A stretch of 64,000 nt of DNA from Kudoa neothunni (taxonomy: Eukaryota; Animalia; Cnidaria): the NCBI GenBank assembly GCA_964304625.1, contig OZ199839.1:573970-637969 (forward strand), read 5' to 3'. Both the position numbers and the translations under genes were made by a program. The notes beneath the pieces were generated by a model that was not told where the DNA came from, ran no database searches, and saw only the letters and a program-made list of their open reading frames with translations. Positions 25,301 through 40,207 of this stretch are shown here, piece by piece (position 1 is the first letter of the stretch; the number at the start of each line of letters is the position of its first letter).

Positions 25301-28004
25301 TCAAAACAAATTTAACACATAATGAAGCATCCACAATAAATCCGGACAACAAATCACCACTCAACACTTCTGCCATGTAGTGACATAATGTGGTGGTTAA
25401 TTTCGTAAGATAGGTGACTTTTTTTAGTTCACAATCACATCCGCTGAGGCAATAAAATACTCTTGAAAATAACTCCAAATCCTCCAACTTACACTGATTA
25501 TTGATATACTTGATATATGAGGATGGTTCGGTTAGTTGGTTGTTGTCTCCAACATAATCATTATCCATACCATCAATTGAACAAACAAATGTCAAAATAA
25601 CACTGTTACGAAATGTGGGTTTAAAATCGCACCCATCAAATCGTTGAACCAATAAACTCAGTATAACTTTCTTATCTTGTTTAGGGAGTTTGGAAACAGC
25701 ATCAACCAAAACACATATCAATGAAGAGCAATAACAATCACTATTATCATAATGGATTGTAATATCAACGATTTTTCTGAGACAAAAGGATTCGTATAAA
25801 CGATGTGGCCATTGAGAATGACTATCATAAAATATGTGCTCAATTTGAATACCAATTGTAAACAACAATAGGTAGCCAACAGAATCTTTAGACGAAGCAA
25901 TTTGATTTTTTACCATAGAAACAAAAGTATTAAACAAAGGAACAATACAAAGTTGAGTTGAGGAGCGATCGTAGTCATCGTAGCTTTTAGTGGAGTAGTT
26001 ATTGTTAGATTGGTAGTATAGTTGAGGCAAATCGCTCACAAATAACAATTCCAAACGCATTTGTCTTAGCCTTTGAGTTAGAGCATCAAAGGCAGTCACG
26101 GATTGTCGTTGACTAGAGCATATTAACGTTTTTTTATTATTATTAATATTATTATTTGTGGGGACACAATAGTGCCCAAATCTATCCATAATACGTACAA
26201 TTAATTCCAAATAGACATTAAAATTATCTATTACAGCATTGCAACAAACTTCATCGCAGATAATACTATTAACAATCCAGTGGAGTAGTGACTCCCGTAA
26301 GGAATAGTAGGTAGATGGCGCGAAGTCGTATTTTGTATCTAATTTGAAATTTTCACATATATTTCCACTTGCAAATATTGTATTCAAAAATAAGACACAA
26401 TCTAATGTGGAAATAGACGATTGATCATCTATACTACTAGATATAAATGTGTTGATTAGTTTGTTGCTTAATGGGATAATTTTCAATTTGATCAGCGCAT
26501 CAATCAAGCGTATAACCATCAGTTTTAATGACATCGTATTGAGTTTAGTGATAATTTGATCAATAACCAACAACCATTGATCACAGCTAGCATTTAATGG
26601 ATGTTGATTATTTCCGGTCCACTTTACCAATGAGTGCATTAAATCACAACATTTGGTCAAGAGCATTTTATAGAAACCGCTCCATATCTTTATGTCACCA
26701 CAGAATATAATTGTTATACAATGTAACATATTTTCTATAAACAAGCTGACACAGTTGGCTGACAGAAATGACCCATGTGTGTAGTTTACCCACAAACAAC
26801 TGACGTCTAAATACATATATAGATGAGACGGCGAGGATAACATTGCCAACATTTCCGTCGAAAAACACTCATCCAACACAACAAAACAGTTCAAATATGG
26901 ATAAGATTTTAAAGATGGATAATTGTTTGAATTGTATTTTTGCCATTTAGAATAGATCAATTTGATGACAACCACTGATTCCATAATATTTTCATATTGT
27001 TGAAAATCATTGCTCATAGTGGAAATTTTATGCATAAATTCATCATTTTTATAATTGTTTCTGATGCAATCTTCAACAAAAAGGAATATGCGTTCGATTA
27101 GTTGTAATAAATTAGGATTGGGGTTGGAATTTGTTCCAATATCATAAATATCATAGAAATAAAGATTTAATGTGAATAGAGTGAAATCAGTCACTTTTGA
27201 GTGTATTTGTTTTCCATATTTATCAGAAAATATAAAAACTTTTTGAAATATTGACTCAACCACTTTTCTAATAATATTTCTGCAAGTGGTGATAACAGCC
27301 ATGCTGTAATGGATGAAAATATTGATTATTTCATTGAAATAATTTAAAATAATTTCTTTCTCATTTGAAAATATATACATTACAAAATTATATAAATAGA
27401 ATCCCAGAATTGGATTGGATTGTTGGTGTGAACCAATAGACAATAATTCAACGCATTTCATACAGTTGTATAATGTTTCGTTCCCTGTTGGATGGGATTG
27501 GGCGGATGAATGCTTCTCGATAAAATAATTCATATAGTCTTTCATCAGATTAGACCAAGTGTTATTTTCGGCATCATAACTCCAATTATCGTCGATATAT
27601 TTATACGATTTCGAATGGAGCATATCTCGAAATAATATCTGACCCATTCTAACGTAGGCAATATCTCTAATGTTATCATTGGATATCATAGTATAATGAT
27701 AACTGAATATTGATGAGTAAAAATTGGCATATTCGGTATTTTGAAACACACACCTGCACAACTCTTGATATTTGTCAATAATTGCATTCCAGCCAATAGA
27801 TTGGATCGACGTGGAATTAGATTTGGATATACATTCAACAAGATTTTCATTTATATAGTCCAACATTAAAGGTATCAATCGAGTAGGTGCTTCATATTGA
27901 GAATCTTCTATTTGGTAATTTTGGAGATATCTTAGTGCACTATCGAAGGAACTCTTCCTTTGAGTTTTTTTACCACTTTTCAAACCAGCGACTATCACAT
28001 CCAT
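19339..28004 (-). CDS. ATM: Serine/threonine-protein kinase ATM (PIKK), encoded in three overlapping ORFs (28004-23886, 24049-21143, 21360-19339) that each require a +1 frame change
   Basis: N-terminal TAN-like motif (LKSGKKTQRKSSF). FAT-like segment ANFFYALYQ...SPEY. Kinase motifs GGVNNP, KSKDDLRQDA, GLIEW, VGYILGLGDRHPWNIL, IHIDLGVAFDQGK, PELVPFRLT. FATC end NLCRMYCGWRPYM*. Span 8666 nt = 2888 codons + 2 nt, i.e. ~2887 aa if the ORFs are joined, close to full ATM size. Confidence 0.93.
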
Positions 28005-29325
28005 CTCCTTTAACCATTCAACGTGGTCTACACCAGATTGGCGTGTTGAGTTAATGTGCGCGATTAAAGATTTAAGATGCCGCCGATCCTAATTTTGACT
28101 GTGAAAAAATTTGAGTCAATCTTTAAATGTTAGATTATTGCCGATAAATATAATATTGAAGAATAGTTGTAATCATTTGGGGGAGTTTCAAGTGTAAGGA
28201 TTGGTGAAGGGTATTACTTAATGCCTTCGTTATGGATAAGGTTGTAACACTCCAGTAATTTTAACTGAAGAAAGATTTTCGATTAGGAACGCCTAAATCT
28301 ACGTTATTTTTTAGAGAAATAACAATTCTTGCGATCCTAATATTCAGGTACGAATAGCTTTGACGATATTAAATTATCTATGAAAACCAAAAGAGGATTT
28401 TGACCGAAGCAATTAAATATGGCAGATTTCAAAAAAATTAACTACATATAAATACTATAAATAGGAGTTATTAGAATCACAAATGTTGACCACGCTTATG
28501 AACACCAAATGAAGGATTAAATCCTTCCGCAACATAACCACAACCTTTTTTATTCGCGAAATTTTCAACATTTAACATATAATTCCGAAATTGTAAAAGT
28601 TTCATCTTTCAATTGACACGTCAATCCCAATCCCTTTCAGTAAAGATATTTTTGTTAAATATCCCCATTTTATTATAGAAAACTCAAAGAATTCTTTGGT
28701 CCCATAATTCGTTATCCTTTCGTTCTACATCAGGCGATTATATGTGAAATGAAAGACTGCCGTGATAGTTACAATAATATTATGCGATGTTTAATATTTA
28801 AAAAATATGCTCAGACGTAAATTCGATTTTTTATAATAATATTTGCTTGAAAAATAAATGAAAATTGTGATAAAAAATCAGCTAATTAAAAGTTAGCTTT
28901 GTTATTATTTGTTTCTGGTTTCGATACTCTTCTGACCTGCTACGAACTCATTTTAGAACGATTGCTATTGCTCACATTCTTTCGAGATTTCATCTGATAA
29001 CATTTATTTTGTTTATTATCTTAGTTTAATCAATAAAATTTCTTCCTTCATAATAAATTTACCAGAGAAATGAATTCTTACGTAGAAATTAAACTCAATG
29101 TCTTCTATTTATAATATTTAAATGTAATTTGACATTATTAGTATTATTTATTTATAATAATTATTAAATATAGAAAATGGTTTTTGAATTGAAGTTTTCA
29201 AATTTATAAATTTTATAAATAATTAACTATCTTTTTAATAAATAAATCTAGTACGTATGTTTATTATTTAATTCAATGGTTCTCACACTTTTTTGCAACG
29301 GCACCCTCTTGCCTAATTTGTAATA

Positions 29326-29546
29326 TAGTAAGGAACCAATTTTACAAAATACCCTCGGGACTAAGAAAAAAAGTGCGCTAAACTGGCTAATCACGTTACT
29401 TTTAGTTACATTATTTCGCAACCATTTAAAGTAATTTTTATACAAATTTTGATTGAAATATTATAAGAAACATTATATAAACAATAACTAATCAATATTC
29501 TAACTAAATTGGTTTTTAAAAAATGCGTGAAATCGGTTACTTACTG
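29326..29546. mobile_element. Tigger-type MITE, internal-deletion derivative of the 13076-14082 element
   Basis: Ends TA|TAGTAAGGAACCAATTTTAC and GTGAAATCGGTTACTTACTG|TA. Internal sequence matches ~13918-14080. Confidence 0.75.
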
Positions 29547-29850
29547 TATAACGTATGTTTACTAAATAAAATTATTATATAATAGAATTCTAAAATTTTT
29601 AAACTAAGTTCCAAACTATTCTAATCTTTTAGAAGCGCTATCTTATTAATTTCAATAATTAGGGGTGGGTGAAATTAGACAAATTTGAAATAAAAGTAAT
29701 GCGAAAAATAAAGTAGAACGACTCTGCAATTTCAATTTGAGATATCTACTGTAATTTTGATCAGAGAATGTCAAGAAGTTTATTTTCAATTAATACCAGT
29801 GGCTAAATCTATTTTAACTAATTCTATTAACAAATATTTTAAATAACAAG

Positions 29851-31911
29851 CAGTGACTATTATCACGCTAGCGTATGATCCCATGTCGGGGCTGTCTATC
29901 GCCATGAAGACGAATTTCTCCATAACCACACAATATTATATATTTCTGTTTGCATATTTTTAATGAGAAATTTTTTCGCAATAAAAATTCTAATTTTCGG
30001 TCTTTGAAGCATATAACCGCGTATTTTTCACACATTGTTGTAATAGTTACTTAGTTATTATTAAATATTTTATGATAAACTTATTTACTTAAAATTTGAA
30101 AAAATAACTAATGGGTATCTTAAACACAACATCGAATTCGTAAGTCAAAAATATAGATCATATAATCATTGATATAACTGCGAATATCTTAAAATTTTAC
30201 GATAAATAGAAAAAAAGCACAAGAATGATTGACAAACCGCGAATAAACTTTATTATAATTCATAAATTTAAAATTCAATTATGTAGTTTGTTTTTATTCT
30301 TCCCGATTGCAGTCATTCTAAAACCCCTTAGTCTTCATACAGCTTTAGACTTTTTAGGGAGCGTAAAATCTGAGAAAAATGCAGTAAGATATGCTGAAAC
30401 TAAAACCTTAGAATTCCAATAGAACTTGTTTATTTTATATTGTCTGAGAAATAAATCCACTGTGATCTAATTGGATCATAATTCTTTTAAAATACAAATT
30501 AAAATCCTCAACGTTTAGTTGATAAGTTCAGGGCACATTCTTTGACAATCATCTTAATTTCTAACGAAGATTATTTTTTGAGGAATTCCTGGCATAAAAC
30601 CTTTTAATTCACGCGTTATATATATTTAAAGAAATATTTACCACTCAAAGATTTGCAAACCGTGAAATTTACATATAATTAGTTTGGCATTCAGAGAATT
30701 TTTTTTCAAGACTTCCGAGAGTTTCAAATCTTTGTCGATGATAACATAAAGTACCTTCTCCTTTATCGATGGCGGGATAGATATTAATTCAATGATATTC
30801 TAATTTAAAATAACTTTTGTCTATAAATAATACATGCACTACTTATGTGACTCGTTCTATGACAAAACTTTAACTGTTAGGTTTTGGGGCAACACAGAAT
30901 AAAGTTTAACATAACTGAAATAAAAAATGAATAAAATATGAATATCGAGTTTTTATCGTGATTCCAGTAATTTTTAGCTAGCATCAAAGTAAGTAGTTCT
31001 AGAAAACGGGAAAAAACTTCTTCATTTCATTCTCTATAAATATTATTGCACAAAACCTATTTTCATCTTCAATAAGAATTCTAACACTACACATATGATC
31101 CAGAGTTAAAATCATATAAAAATAGTTGATTTTATTACGATAGGAAGATCTTATTCGTATAATGTATGGAATTGAGTGTAATCATTTCACCCGTTTCTTA
31201 TTTTATTTTAGACTGCAGCATTTTTTCATTGGCAAACATAGAAATTAATTTTGACATTAATTTACTATTGCGGTCTAATTTACGTTGTGATAGTACACTT
31301 GAAGAAAAATTGATTTCTTCTGTGGTTATGTGCTAGGTGTAATAATTTAAGTTCCCATATTTTTCAATCAGAGCTGACTCCTACCTTAATATGAGCCTGA
31401 CAAATGTCTCACAAAGTTCTAGCCTCTCTTACACCCTTCGATCTATTACGATAATGGTCACCAAAATAGCAAATGTACTAAATATAACAATATTTCAACT
31501 TATTAAATTTTTCGGAAGAGAACTGTCTTGACATAAATAATTGTTTTAATTTCTATCTATTAAGTTACATAATGATTTTTCAGCATGACTTTAAGGACCC
31601 TTCTAGCTGATGAAACGAGAAAAATCTCTCTACTTAAAGACATTACTCTTAACACTGCCTTCTATTATTTTTTATTCGCGCATATTATTAATATCATAAA
31701 AAATTCACATTAATGCCGTGAAATTATTAATTATCTATAATAATTAATATAAAATATAAATATTATTCATATTTATAAGTATTACAAGTTTTACAAGTGT
31801 ATTATCATAACACTTTTACATCCTTTTTCAGAGTAATTCTTTTTAAAGTATTCTTAAAGGTCAGGTAAATATTATTAATCTAAAAATTTATATATTATAT
31901 TTCTTTTAACG

Positions 31912-31956
<45 letters not shown>

Positions 31957-32333
31957 GTACTTTAATAGATTTGATTAGTTCCGTCGATTTAAGGATGGAT
32001 CGTTGAAGTATGGCTCAAAACAGCCTAGAAATATTAAATTGTGATAACGCAACATTAAAAATTTTTTCAATTATTGAGATTTGCATAATAATAAACTAAT
32101 ATTTTAAATTTTTAAGCCAACAATTATTATTAAATCCACATAAAAGGCTGATTTTTAAGATAAGATCTATACTGTAAATTTTGGCACGAAAATCTAAAAT
32201 TCAACAGAAAAAAATATGTAAAGTATTAACGAAAATCATTGGTCTAAGAATTTTCAGAATTAGGAGAAATTCGTCTTCGTTGCAATAAACAGCCCCGACA
32301 TGGGATTATACGTTAGCGTGGTAATAGCCACTG
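29851..32333. mobile_element. Non-autonomous DNA element with ~70-bp TIRs (CAGTG termini), family unassigned
   Basis: 29851-29921 is an imperfect reverse complement of 32263-32333. No clear target-site duplication or intact ORF. Confidence 0.7.
31919..31950. repeat. (TA)16 microsatellite
   Basis: Read directly from the sequence; flanked by ACAACA and TGTTGT. Confidence 0.95.
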
Positions 32334-33462
32334 TTTAAATAAAAATTTCATCAAAATTAAATTTAAAAAAAAATAATTTCAATGATCTTAATGCCCTAAA
32401 TTTAAACTGTCTAAAATCAAAACGTATTAAAATTAGCCATATTAATTAGAATAAAAAAACAAACAAGTACATCCAAAATAAAAAAAAAAGGTTGAAAATT
32501 TATGAAAATTATTATTTTAAGGATTTTTTCTGGTATTTTTTGACGGTTTCATTTAATTTTTTTAAAATTTGTTGCGGATTTTGATCAGGAAGTTCAAGCA
32601 TTTGCTCGTTACCATACTCTAAATCACATATTATCGAATAGAATGGAACGCAATTAGTTTTCATGACTGGATACCAAATCTTATATACAGCTTTGGTTCA
32701 ACATTTTGGCACTCTCTCACCAGTATCGGCAGAGTATTATTGGCACTTTTAAGTGGGATGTAAAATTGTTTCACAAATTGCCTGCGATAGTTCATGGTAA
32801 GTAATTAATCAATCAATCACCAAGCTCTATACCTAAGCCCCTCGCTAGTTTTTGAATATTGACACATGTGGAGACGAAGTTCTTTGACGTAATTAGGGAA
32901 TTTGCCAAGCGACATGAAAACTGTAACTTAAATTTATGGATTAACTTAATGTCAGCGCACATTAATTCGAAACAGTGTGTTTGAATTTTTCTAGTATAGG
33001 AATCATGTGACCATAAATAAGATACAGATTTTGTTGAAATTATTCTATTAAATGTTAGCTTTCTTACCTTTTATGCAATAATTTTTGCCAGATAATGCCT
33101 AATAACAAAATTTCACTACATGAGAAAAAATATATTTTCTATTCGTTTGTTGCAACACCCCCAAAATAAATACAAGTGAAGAGTTGAAATTACTAAGATT
33201 TGAGAAATAAAAAAAGTTATTGTATGATTATTAAATTAGCCATGGAATCAAATTGTCGCCAATGTTGTTAGATAGTCGAAGGAATTTTAATCTGCTCTCC
33301 AAGTTTCACTTATTATATTAATAGCTGAGAACATAAAGAAGACTTCGAGCGAAGTACCTTGGCTCCCTTTTCATATATTTTTATCATTACATTTCGTAAT
33401 CGGGAAGATTGTGTTATTAACTACTTTTAATGGTAAAATTAAAAAAATTTGTCCAATTTTAA

Positions 33463-36400
33463 CCCTCTAAAGTTTAAAGACCTTGGAATCAATTTGACCC
33501 CAAATCGAAATTAACGAGATCATATCTTTATTTCTAATTTCCATTAACTCACTTAAATTTATGTATTCTCTTAAATTGTTATAAGGTATATTTATTCAAG
33601 TTTTAACTAGAAATAAAAATGAGAAGTCAACATACAAAATTTTTATCTTCCAAAAACCTTGGGTCAATTAGACCCAAATTTATTTTCAACAATTTATCAA
33701 AAAAAATCTATATAGTTAAACAACGGAATATTTTCAAAATCTATTGGTTATATTCTGAGTAAAACAGTGGTAAATGTAACAGATAATCCCATTTAATCTG
33801 ATACGTGTTATTTCGGTGAAAACTCGCACCCCGTCGCGTAATTAGCTTAATTCTGAGGTTCACACTTTTACAATAAAAAATAACAACAATTAATTTTTCA
33901 CCAATTAAAACATTTAACCTTTTTTTAAAAACGTAAATTTTTGTTCTACATTATTTCGAACAGTTACAACATCTATTCGCTGAATGGGTTTGACAATAAA
34001 AACCAAGACAATTTGTACAACGTGCTGAGGTTTTTTTATCATTTCCTCGCGGACAAAAATTACGACGAGGTCTTTTCTCCTTTGTTTATTTTAATGATGT
34101 TGGTATCGAATTCGATAATTTTCATTTAATGATTCTTATGTTATCGTTATGTTTGTCTAGAAATGGTTGATAGAGAGCATCGGCCAATTCTTCCAAGAAA
34201 ATGCGCCGTAGTTTATTTTTATTTTAAAAAAATGTTTTTTATAATACAAACGAATTTACCAATGATAAATCCAACATGTTAAAGAAAACAATCATTGATC
34301 ATCTTCTATTGGATCTACTTACAGTGACAGATGCCAACATTCTATTCTATCAACTGAATCGACACCACCTTTCGCTTTATTATAGTTAACGATAACTTCG
34401 GGTTTTTTGATAGTGTCGTTCGTTATATCCATATTTGTCGTTCCAGTTGATAACAAAATGACAGATTTATTTTTCTTATTTACATACGACGTTAGCACGA
34501 ATTTTTCGTAAAATAGAAGAGTCATATTGAATAACTCCTCTTTTGGATGGAAGAGCACACGTTGGAATGTCTCTTTTATTGTGGCGTATTGTACCCAAAT
34601 ACGTTAGACGTTTACGTAACAACTTTGATGCGAGTGGGAGAGATGGAAAAAAGGTGTCTGTTATAATATTTCCTCTTAAATCGAATAATAGTTCAGACAA
34701 TGCCATGACTATAGTTTCCTCAACATTTGAATTACGGACGTTGTCAATCCCATTTTTCTGAGATACGGTGAAACATTTAAACATATTTTTCAATTGGGTC
34801 AACAAACAGAAAAAATTTAATCCCATACTTAGCCAGTTTTAGAGGCATATACTGTCCAAATGGACATTTACCTCTAAAAGCGACAAATTGCTCGTCTATG
34901 GTAACATCTTGGTTAGGATGAAAATATTGCGGTAACTGTTTCACCCACATTTACCATAAACTGCGGATTGAACAAAATTTATCTCTCTCTTCTTCCTGCT
35001 CTTGTCCTATAATCATCAAAACAAGAGCTCTGGTGATTTTTTTAGATCTATGATTCGAACAAATTTTTCATAAAATTTCACTGCCTTGGGCTAAACTAAA
35101 GAGTTTCTCTGTATCCTTATGTTCAGCCATGAGGATGAGGATACCCAAACATCCATGTAACTCAACAATATCAACTTCGGGCCAGTCGTCTTCAGAATAA
35201 TTCCTTCCAAATAAATTGGTCGACTCAAATATTTTTTCACAGATGGTTTTTGTAAAAATTATAAAAAAACAATCTACAAGATTTTTTACATGTTGTATAC
35301 AATATGCCGCCACACCGGGATAGGAATTCATAATATTTTCGGCCGCAGTTTGAGATGGTGCAGGTTGTTTGACACTCCAAACAGTTCCATCTATGCCGAT
35401 AGTTGGATTTCCAGTTACATCGACTGCTAAGGATTCCTTCGAAGATTCGGATACAAAGTCATCAAATTCATTTCCTGGTGATAGTAAGTCTTCACTATAT
35501 ATCTCAGATTCGCTCAGTGATAATTTCCAAATACAATCGCGTGTGCGTATGTACAGTATTTCACAATCAAACTGCAAGCTGTCAGTGCATGTGGCACTTA
35601 TGCCCGATCAAGATACAAACATGCTCAACCAATGTGTAATCATGTTAAATAAGGTGAAGAAAACTATAAAACTGAATAGAATTTAAAATAATCATTTAAT
35701 AATATAATTTTTTATTTATTTTTTCGCGATCAAACTAAAATATAAGATTTCGAATGCTGAATATAGAGTTGACAATTAGCTTCAAACATTACATTTTGGC
35801 TCAAATCAATACATGTCCAGCGAATCTTATTGGGTTTTTGTTGTCTATATTTTTACTTCAGATTTTAATGAACTGTAAACTTCCTCAATTTGATTGAGGA
35901 ACGTGGGAATAAGATGACGTAACACCATGTTTCCTCGATAATAAGGCCTAGCAGTATTTTTAGTGGGAATTTTAAATAACACCTGGCCTTGTTTCAGAAT
36001 CAGAGTATCTCGATATTGATTATTCGACATTGTTATAATTAAAGCCTATTAATTATAAAAATAATGAATAATTACGTTTTTTATGTACAAATTTGAAAGT
36101 TATTATTATTCTTTAAAAATAAAACACCCTATTTGGACACAAATATATTTTTGCAATAATATCAAAAATTTTAATGGTTTGTTTTATGTTTACATTCTCA
36201 ATAATCCCTCATTATTTTTCTCTTATACCTTAGGTTTATATTAAACTTATCAATAATTTCACAGACATCGATAACGTTTGTGTTAAGATAAATTTTCACT
36301 ATAAAAACTCAATCTACATTAATTTTGTTGATAGTTATATAAGATCACAATCTTTTGAATTCTGTCAGAAATTTAAGGAATAATTCGAAAACAAAACCTA

Positions 36401-37120
36401 GTAGTTATTTATTGTGTAAAATTAATATAAGACAGGGTCTTATATTCCAGGAAACGAGGTAGTAATCTGAGCCCGTTATTCTGCAGGATGCTCCTCACAT
36501 CGTTTATTTTAAGGAAAGCCACATTACCCATAATTAATAAAAACTTGTTGCTGTCTGAAATCGATTGTCAACGCTATATTCAACACAAGTCAAATCTTGC
36601 ATTTCAGTTTGTGTGCGAAGAAAATAAATAAACAATTATATTATTTAATAATCTTTTTTAAATTTTATTCAGTTTCATAATTTTCTCTACCTTTATTTGA
36701 CATGATTGCACCTTGATTAGACATGTTTGCATCTTGATCATGAAATACTGTAATAAAATTAAAAAACACGTTTCTTAGGGATGTAATACAATTTAACGTA
36801 ATATCAGAATTTTTAAATGCAAGAATTATTAATTTAATATGAACATGTAATTTTATCCATTATTTCACACAAAATAAAATATAAACAATAATATTTAATT
36901 TACGATGCTACGTGAGGCAAGCCCGAAATGAAGCGTAAAGGATTAAGTGGGATTATCTGCTATATTTTCCACTGTTTTACTCGAATTATTGTCGATAGAT
37001 TTGTAAAATACTTTGTCGTTTCAGTATTTAGATTTTATTCGATAGATTAATAGAACTGAATCTGAGGCCTAATTGACTCCAAGGTCTTTGGAAGGTGGTT
37101 GTGTTTTGGTGTTTAGAAGG
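33463..37120 (-). mobile_element. piggyBac transposon with both ends and a disrupted transposase
   Basis: TTAA|CCCTCTAAA at the left end and TTTAGAAGG|TTAA at the right end, with subterminal inverted AAAGACCTTGGAATCAATT / AATTGACTCCAAGGTCTTT. Minus-strand transposase fragments (~35577-34140): VTIDEQFVAFRGKCPF, YMPLKLAKYG, ITDTFFPSLPLA, GTIRHNKR, YNKAKGGVDSVDR. Confidence 0.9.
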
Positions 37121-37282
37121 TTAAGAGAAAAATTTTAAACGCGACAATAACTTAGCCATTTCGCACTTTTAAGTTTTATCACAAATAAGTTACGTTTTCT
37201 AGATATGCGTTGTAATGATTCTCGTTAGACAAAAGACAGTATAATGTCGAACTAAATAACAATTATTATCCAGTAATGCAGA

Positions 37283-38640
37283 TCAAGTGTAAATTTTAAA
37301 TAATGGTTTCCAATTAGCAAGATAATCCTTATAGGCATCAACGAGATCAACATTAATTTCCGTGAACAACATATTTTCTTTAATCGATATTATCTTGTAT
37401 TTGGCATTGTTTAATCCAGATTTATCACCCCGACCCTTAATATATTCCAAAATCCGTTCTCTTAGAATAAAAATTAATAATGGTCCGAATCTTAAACTAC
37501 TACTTTAAGGGATTTTCTTTACTGTGCCTGGTATGATGATACACATTATCAGTGTAACGTGTTAACCAAGGCTTTTTCCTGTATAATTCCAATCCATTAA
37601 AGATAATCCTAAAATTGGGTTAACTACACATAGGTTAAAATAACACTGAATACCGGTTGTATAAATCGTCATCTTCGGCGCCCCACCCCCAGAACACGTT
37701 CGCAAATCCATTCACTTTTTCAAAGTGCTCCCGTGACATTGATGATACACCGCCAAAATATTCTTTATAATAAATTCTAAATATCGTCTCAACCGAATAT
37801 TTTAGTACAAATTAAATACTCATAATTATTTGATTTAATATTTTGAGCCAAGTGTTCAGGTGAATGAGAACAATCGTATCGATTAAATTCACTTTCCGGT
37901 AAAAGATCAATATCAGAAAATACAAAGCATTCATATTTGTCTTTTTTTAAACTCTCGGAAAACCCCGAATTCAATAATAAGGCCCTGTTGAATGGGGAAT
38001 CGTCACTCTAAGTGGTTTCATTAAAATCAGACTCTATCCGTATCCCCCCTGGAAATATGTACTTGGTTCACTAAAAAAATTCTATAGTTTAAATTTTGCT
38101 TCAACAGGAATGGATGCATATGTCTTAAAAAGACTCCTATTTGTTTTGGCCTGTTTTTATATGGAACAATAATAGCCACCTATTCCACTAACTTCAGATA
38201 TGATTCAATGTTTCTGTGATACCTTTTCCCTGCCGCAGTCGCTATTTTCTAAAATACCTTCCTCATTTATCTTACTTTGATATTTATTTTGAAGCAATTT
38301 TTCCACATTATCAATACTAATGTCTGTCAGATTTACATGTATAGAATTATCTAAAGGAGTGTAAAAATAATTTCAACCGAGATTTCACATAGTTTTTGGT
38401 GGGGACATTTTTGTCTGGATGTATTTACATTTTCCTCTATAAATATTAAATCTTGAAATTAAAGTGATGTGAAAAATAATGTTACTCAATCTTATAAAAA
38501 ACTTCAGTACGAAAATAAATAAAATAACTAGAACACAAAACAAGAATATATATTTTTTTACGACTTTTAACTAAACCAAACCTTTTAAAATGATTTCAAT
38601 CATAAAAATTCAATACTTTACACCGAAACCACGAAACCAT
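37283..38640 (-). CDS. GT7 beta-1,4-galactosyltransferase-like, paralog A (multi-exon, type II membrane; Tyr at the donor-specificity site)
   Basis: Spliced model starting MVSWFRCK-LKVVKKYIFLFCVLVILFIFVL (TM). Motifs VAIIVPYKNR, HPFLLKQ, PFNRALLLNSGF, FSDIDLLP (DxD), YKEYFGGVS, GFANVFWGWGAEDDD. Short GT-AG introns. Ends ...FKIYT*. Confidence 0.9.
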
Positions 38641-38986
38641 ATCCTAACCCGATAATACCTTAAGAGTACTCACAGTAGTATCGATGTTTCTCGTTATTAC
38701 AAATATATATAATATCGGTTCGGAGGGGATTGAAAGATAAGATAAAGTGATTATGTGTGATTTTCAAGTCTCCTAAGTCAAAAAACTCACTTAAAGGATC
38801 GAATAAACTGTTCTCGAACCAAATTTAATATAATATTTTAATATCTTACGTTTATTCGTGGGATTATTTCCGCACGGAGTTGTAAAGGCGCTCATAAACT
38901 TTAACCAATTTTAATTAGATCTTATTTATTATTAATTGGAATGAAATTTAAAGTTCCGCCCAGGATCTAAAATATTTTTGTTTTAT

Positions 38987-39228
38987 AAATGGAGGGGACT
39001 ATTGGCACGATAAATAATATTCAGGTGTCATTAGTTTTGATTATATTTAATTATTTCTGACCTTTGAGAGTGAAGCGTGTGAGCTATAAATAATTATATA
39101 TAACGGATTCTAAAAAAATAATCTGCATATAGTTTGTGAGTAAGAATTTCGGGGGTTAAAAGTTTCTATTGCACAGCTGTACCCCCCGTTTAGTATTAAA
39201 ATTTATCGTGCTAATAACCTCTTCGTTT
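38987..39228. mobile_element. Possible small MITE; related sequence occurs inverted at ~62687-62736
   Basis: GGACTATTGGCACGATAAAT and ATTTATCGTGCTAATAACC are imperfect inverted repeats. The left ~45 bp recurs as a reverse complement near 62690. Confidence 0.45.
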
Positions 39229-40207
39229 AAATGTATATTAAAGCTGCTTAATAATTACAAAAATATTTCAAGTTAACTGATGGAAAAGTTTCGGCCAAAA
39301 TTTATTTAAATTACCAGACTTTTAAGGGTTGAACTGCAGAACAGTGGGAGCATTTTCCGATTTAAGATCATAATTAGTTGGGACATTAATTCTACACTTT
39401 CAAATCCAGTTAGTATGACATTTGTTGAGAATTTAAAAGTAGTACTGACTTAATTTCATTCCCAAAATTATTTTCGAGTACAATAATATGCATTTGTTAC
39501 AATTAATCAGCTAATGCTCGTATTAAAGATGAATTTCTTATTCTTGTAGACAAGGAATTGCTACAGTAGGCAATCGCTAAGGATGGACTGTAACAATCTT
39601 TCAAAATCAGAATCATCTAACTTAGGTTTAAGAATTCATAAAGTTTGCTTTAATAGATCTTTTACTTGGTATGGCGTGTTGAAGTGATTGCGATGGATTG
39701 GCAGATCAACATTAATAGATTATAGCCACTATTATTGAGTATTGAGTGCCGACAGTAACCACCTATTCGTGACAAAACGCTGACAAATACGAAAAATTAA
39801 AATAATTAGAAGGTTCGTTTTTGTTTGTGGTCGCTGATTCGGATTGCAGTCACCATTCAGAATTTTGACCGTGATTAAACCTATATTTAACGTTCTTATT
39901 TGTTTTCGATGAATTTGAGCGTAAAACCCCCTAAAATTTGGTTCTCAAATGCCAATTGAACTCAATTCTTTTACTGCTTCATGCCATCCATCTGAAATGT
40001 TTTCAAGATGTAAATTACTATGGGGCAATTGCCTTGCAATCATTTCGGACTCATTTATTTATATTAAGAAATTTTGTAAAAATATTAATTTTTTCAATAA
40101 AACTTAATATTAAATGAATTGTCATCAAATACCAAATACAGCAATATCTAATTTTATTTACTACTAGTATATTAAATAAATTAAAGACATTTTAGTTGTT
40201 TATCTTT

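Noticed and set aside
19339-28004. ATM as a pseudogene, or UGA reassigned as a sense codon
   Set aside because: There are only two breaks in 8.7 kb and all catalytic motifs are intact. UGA terminates ATM exactly at the FATC end and also ends the surface-protein and GT7 paralog A genes. Readthrough alone would not fix the frame.
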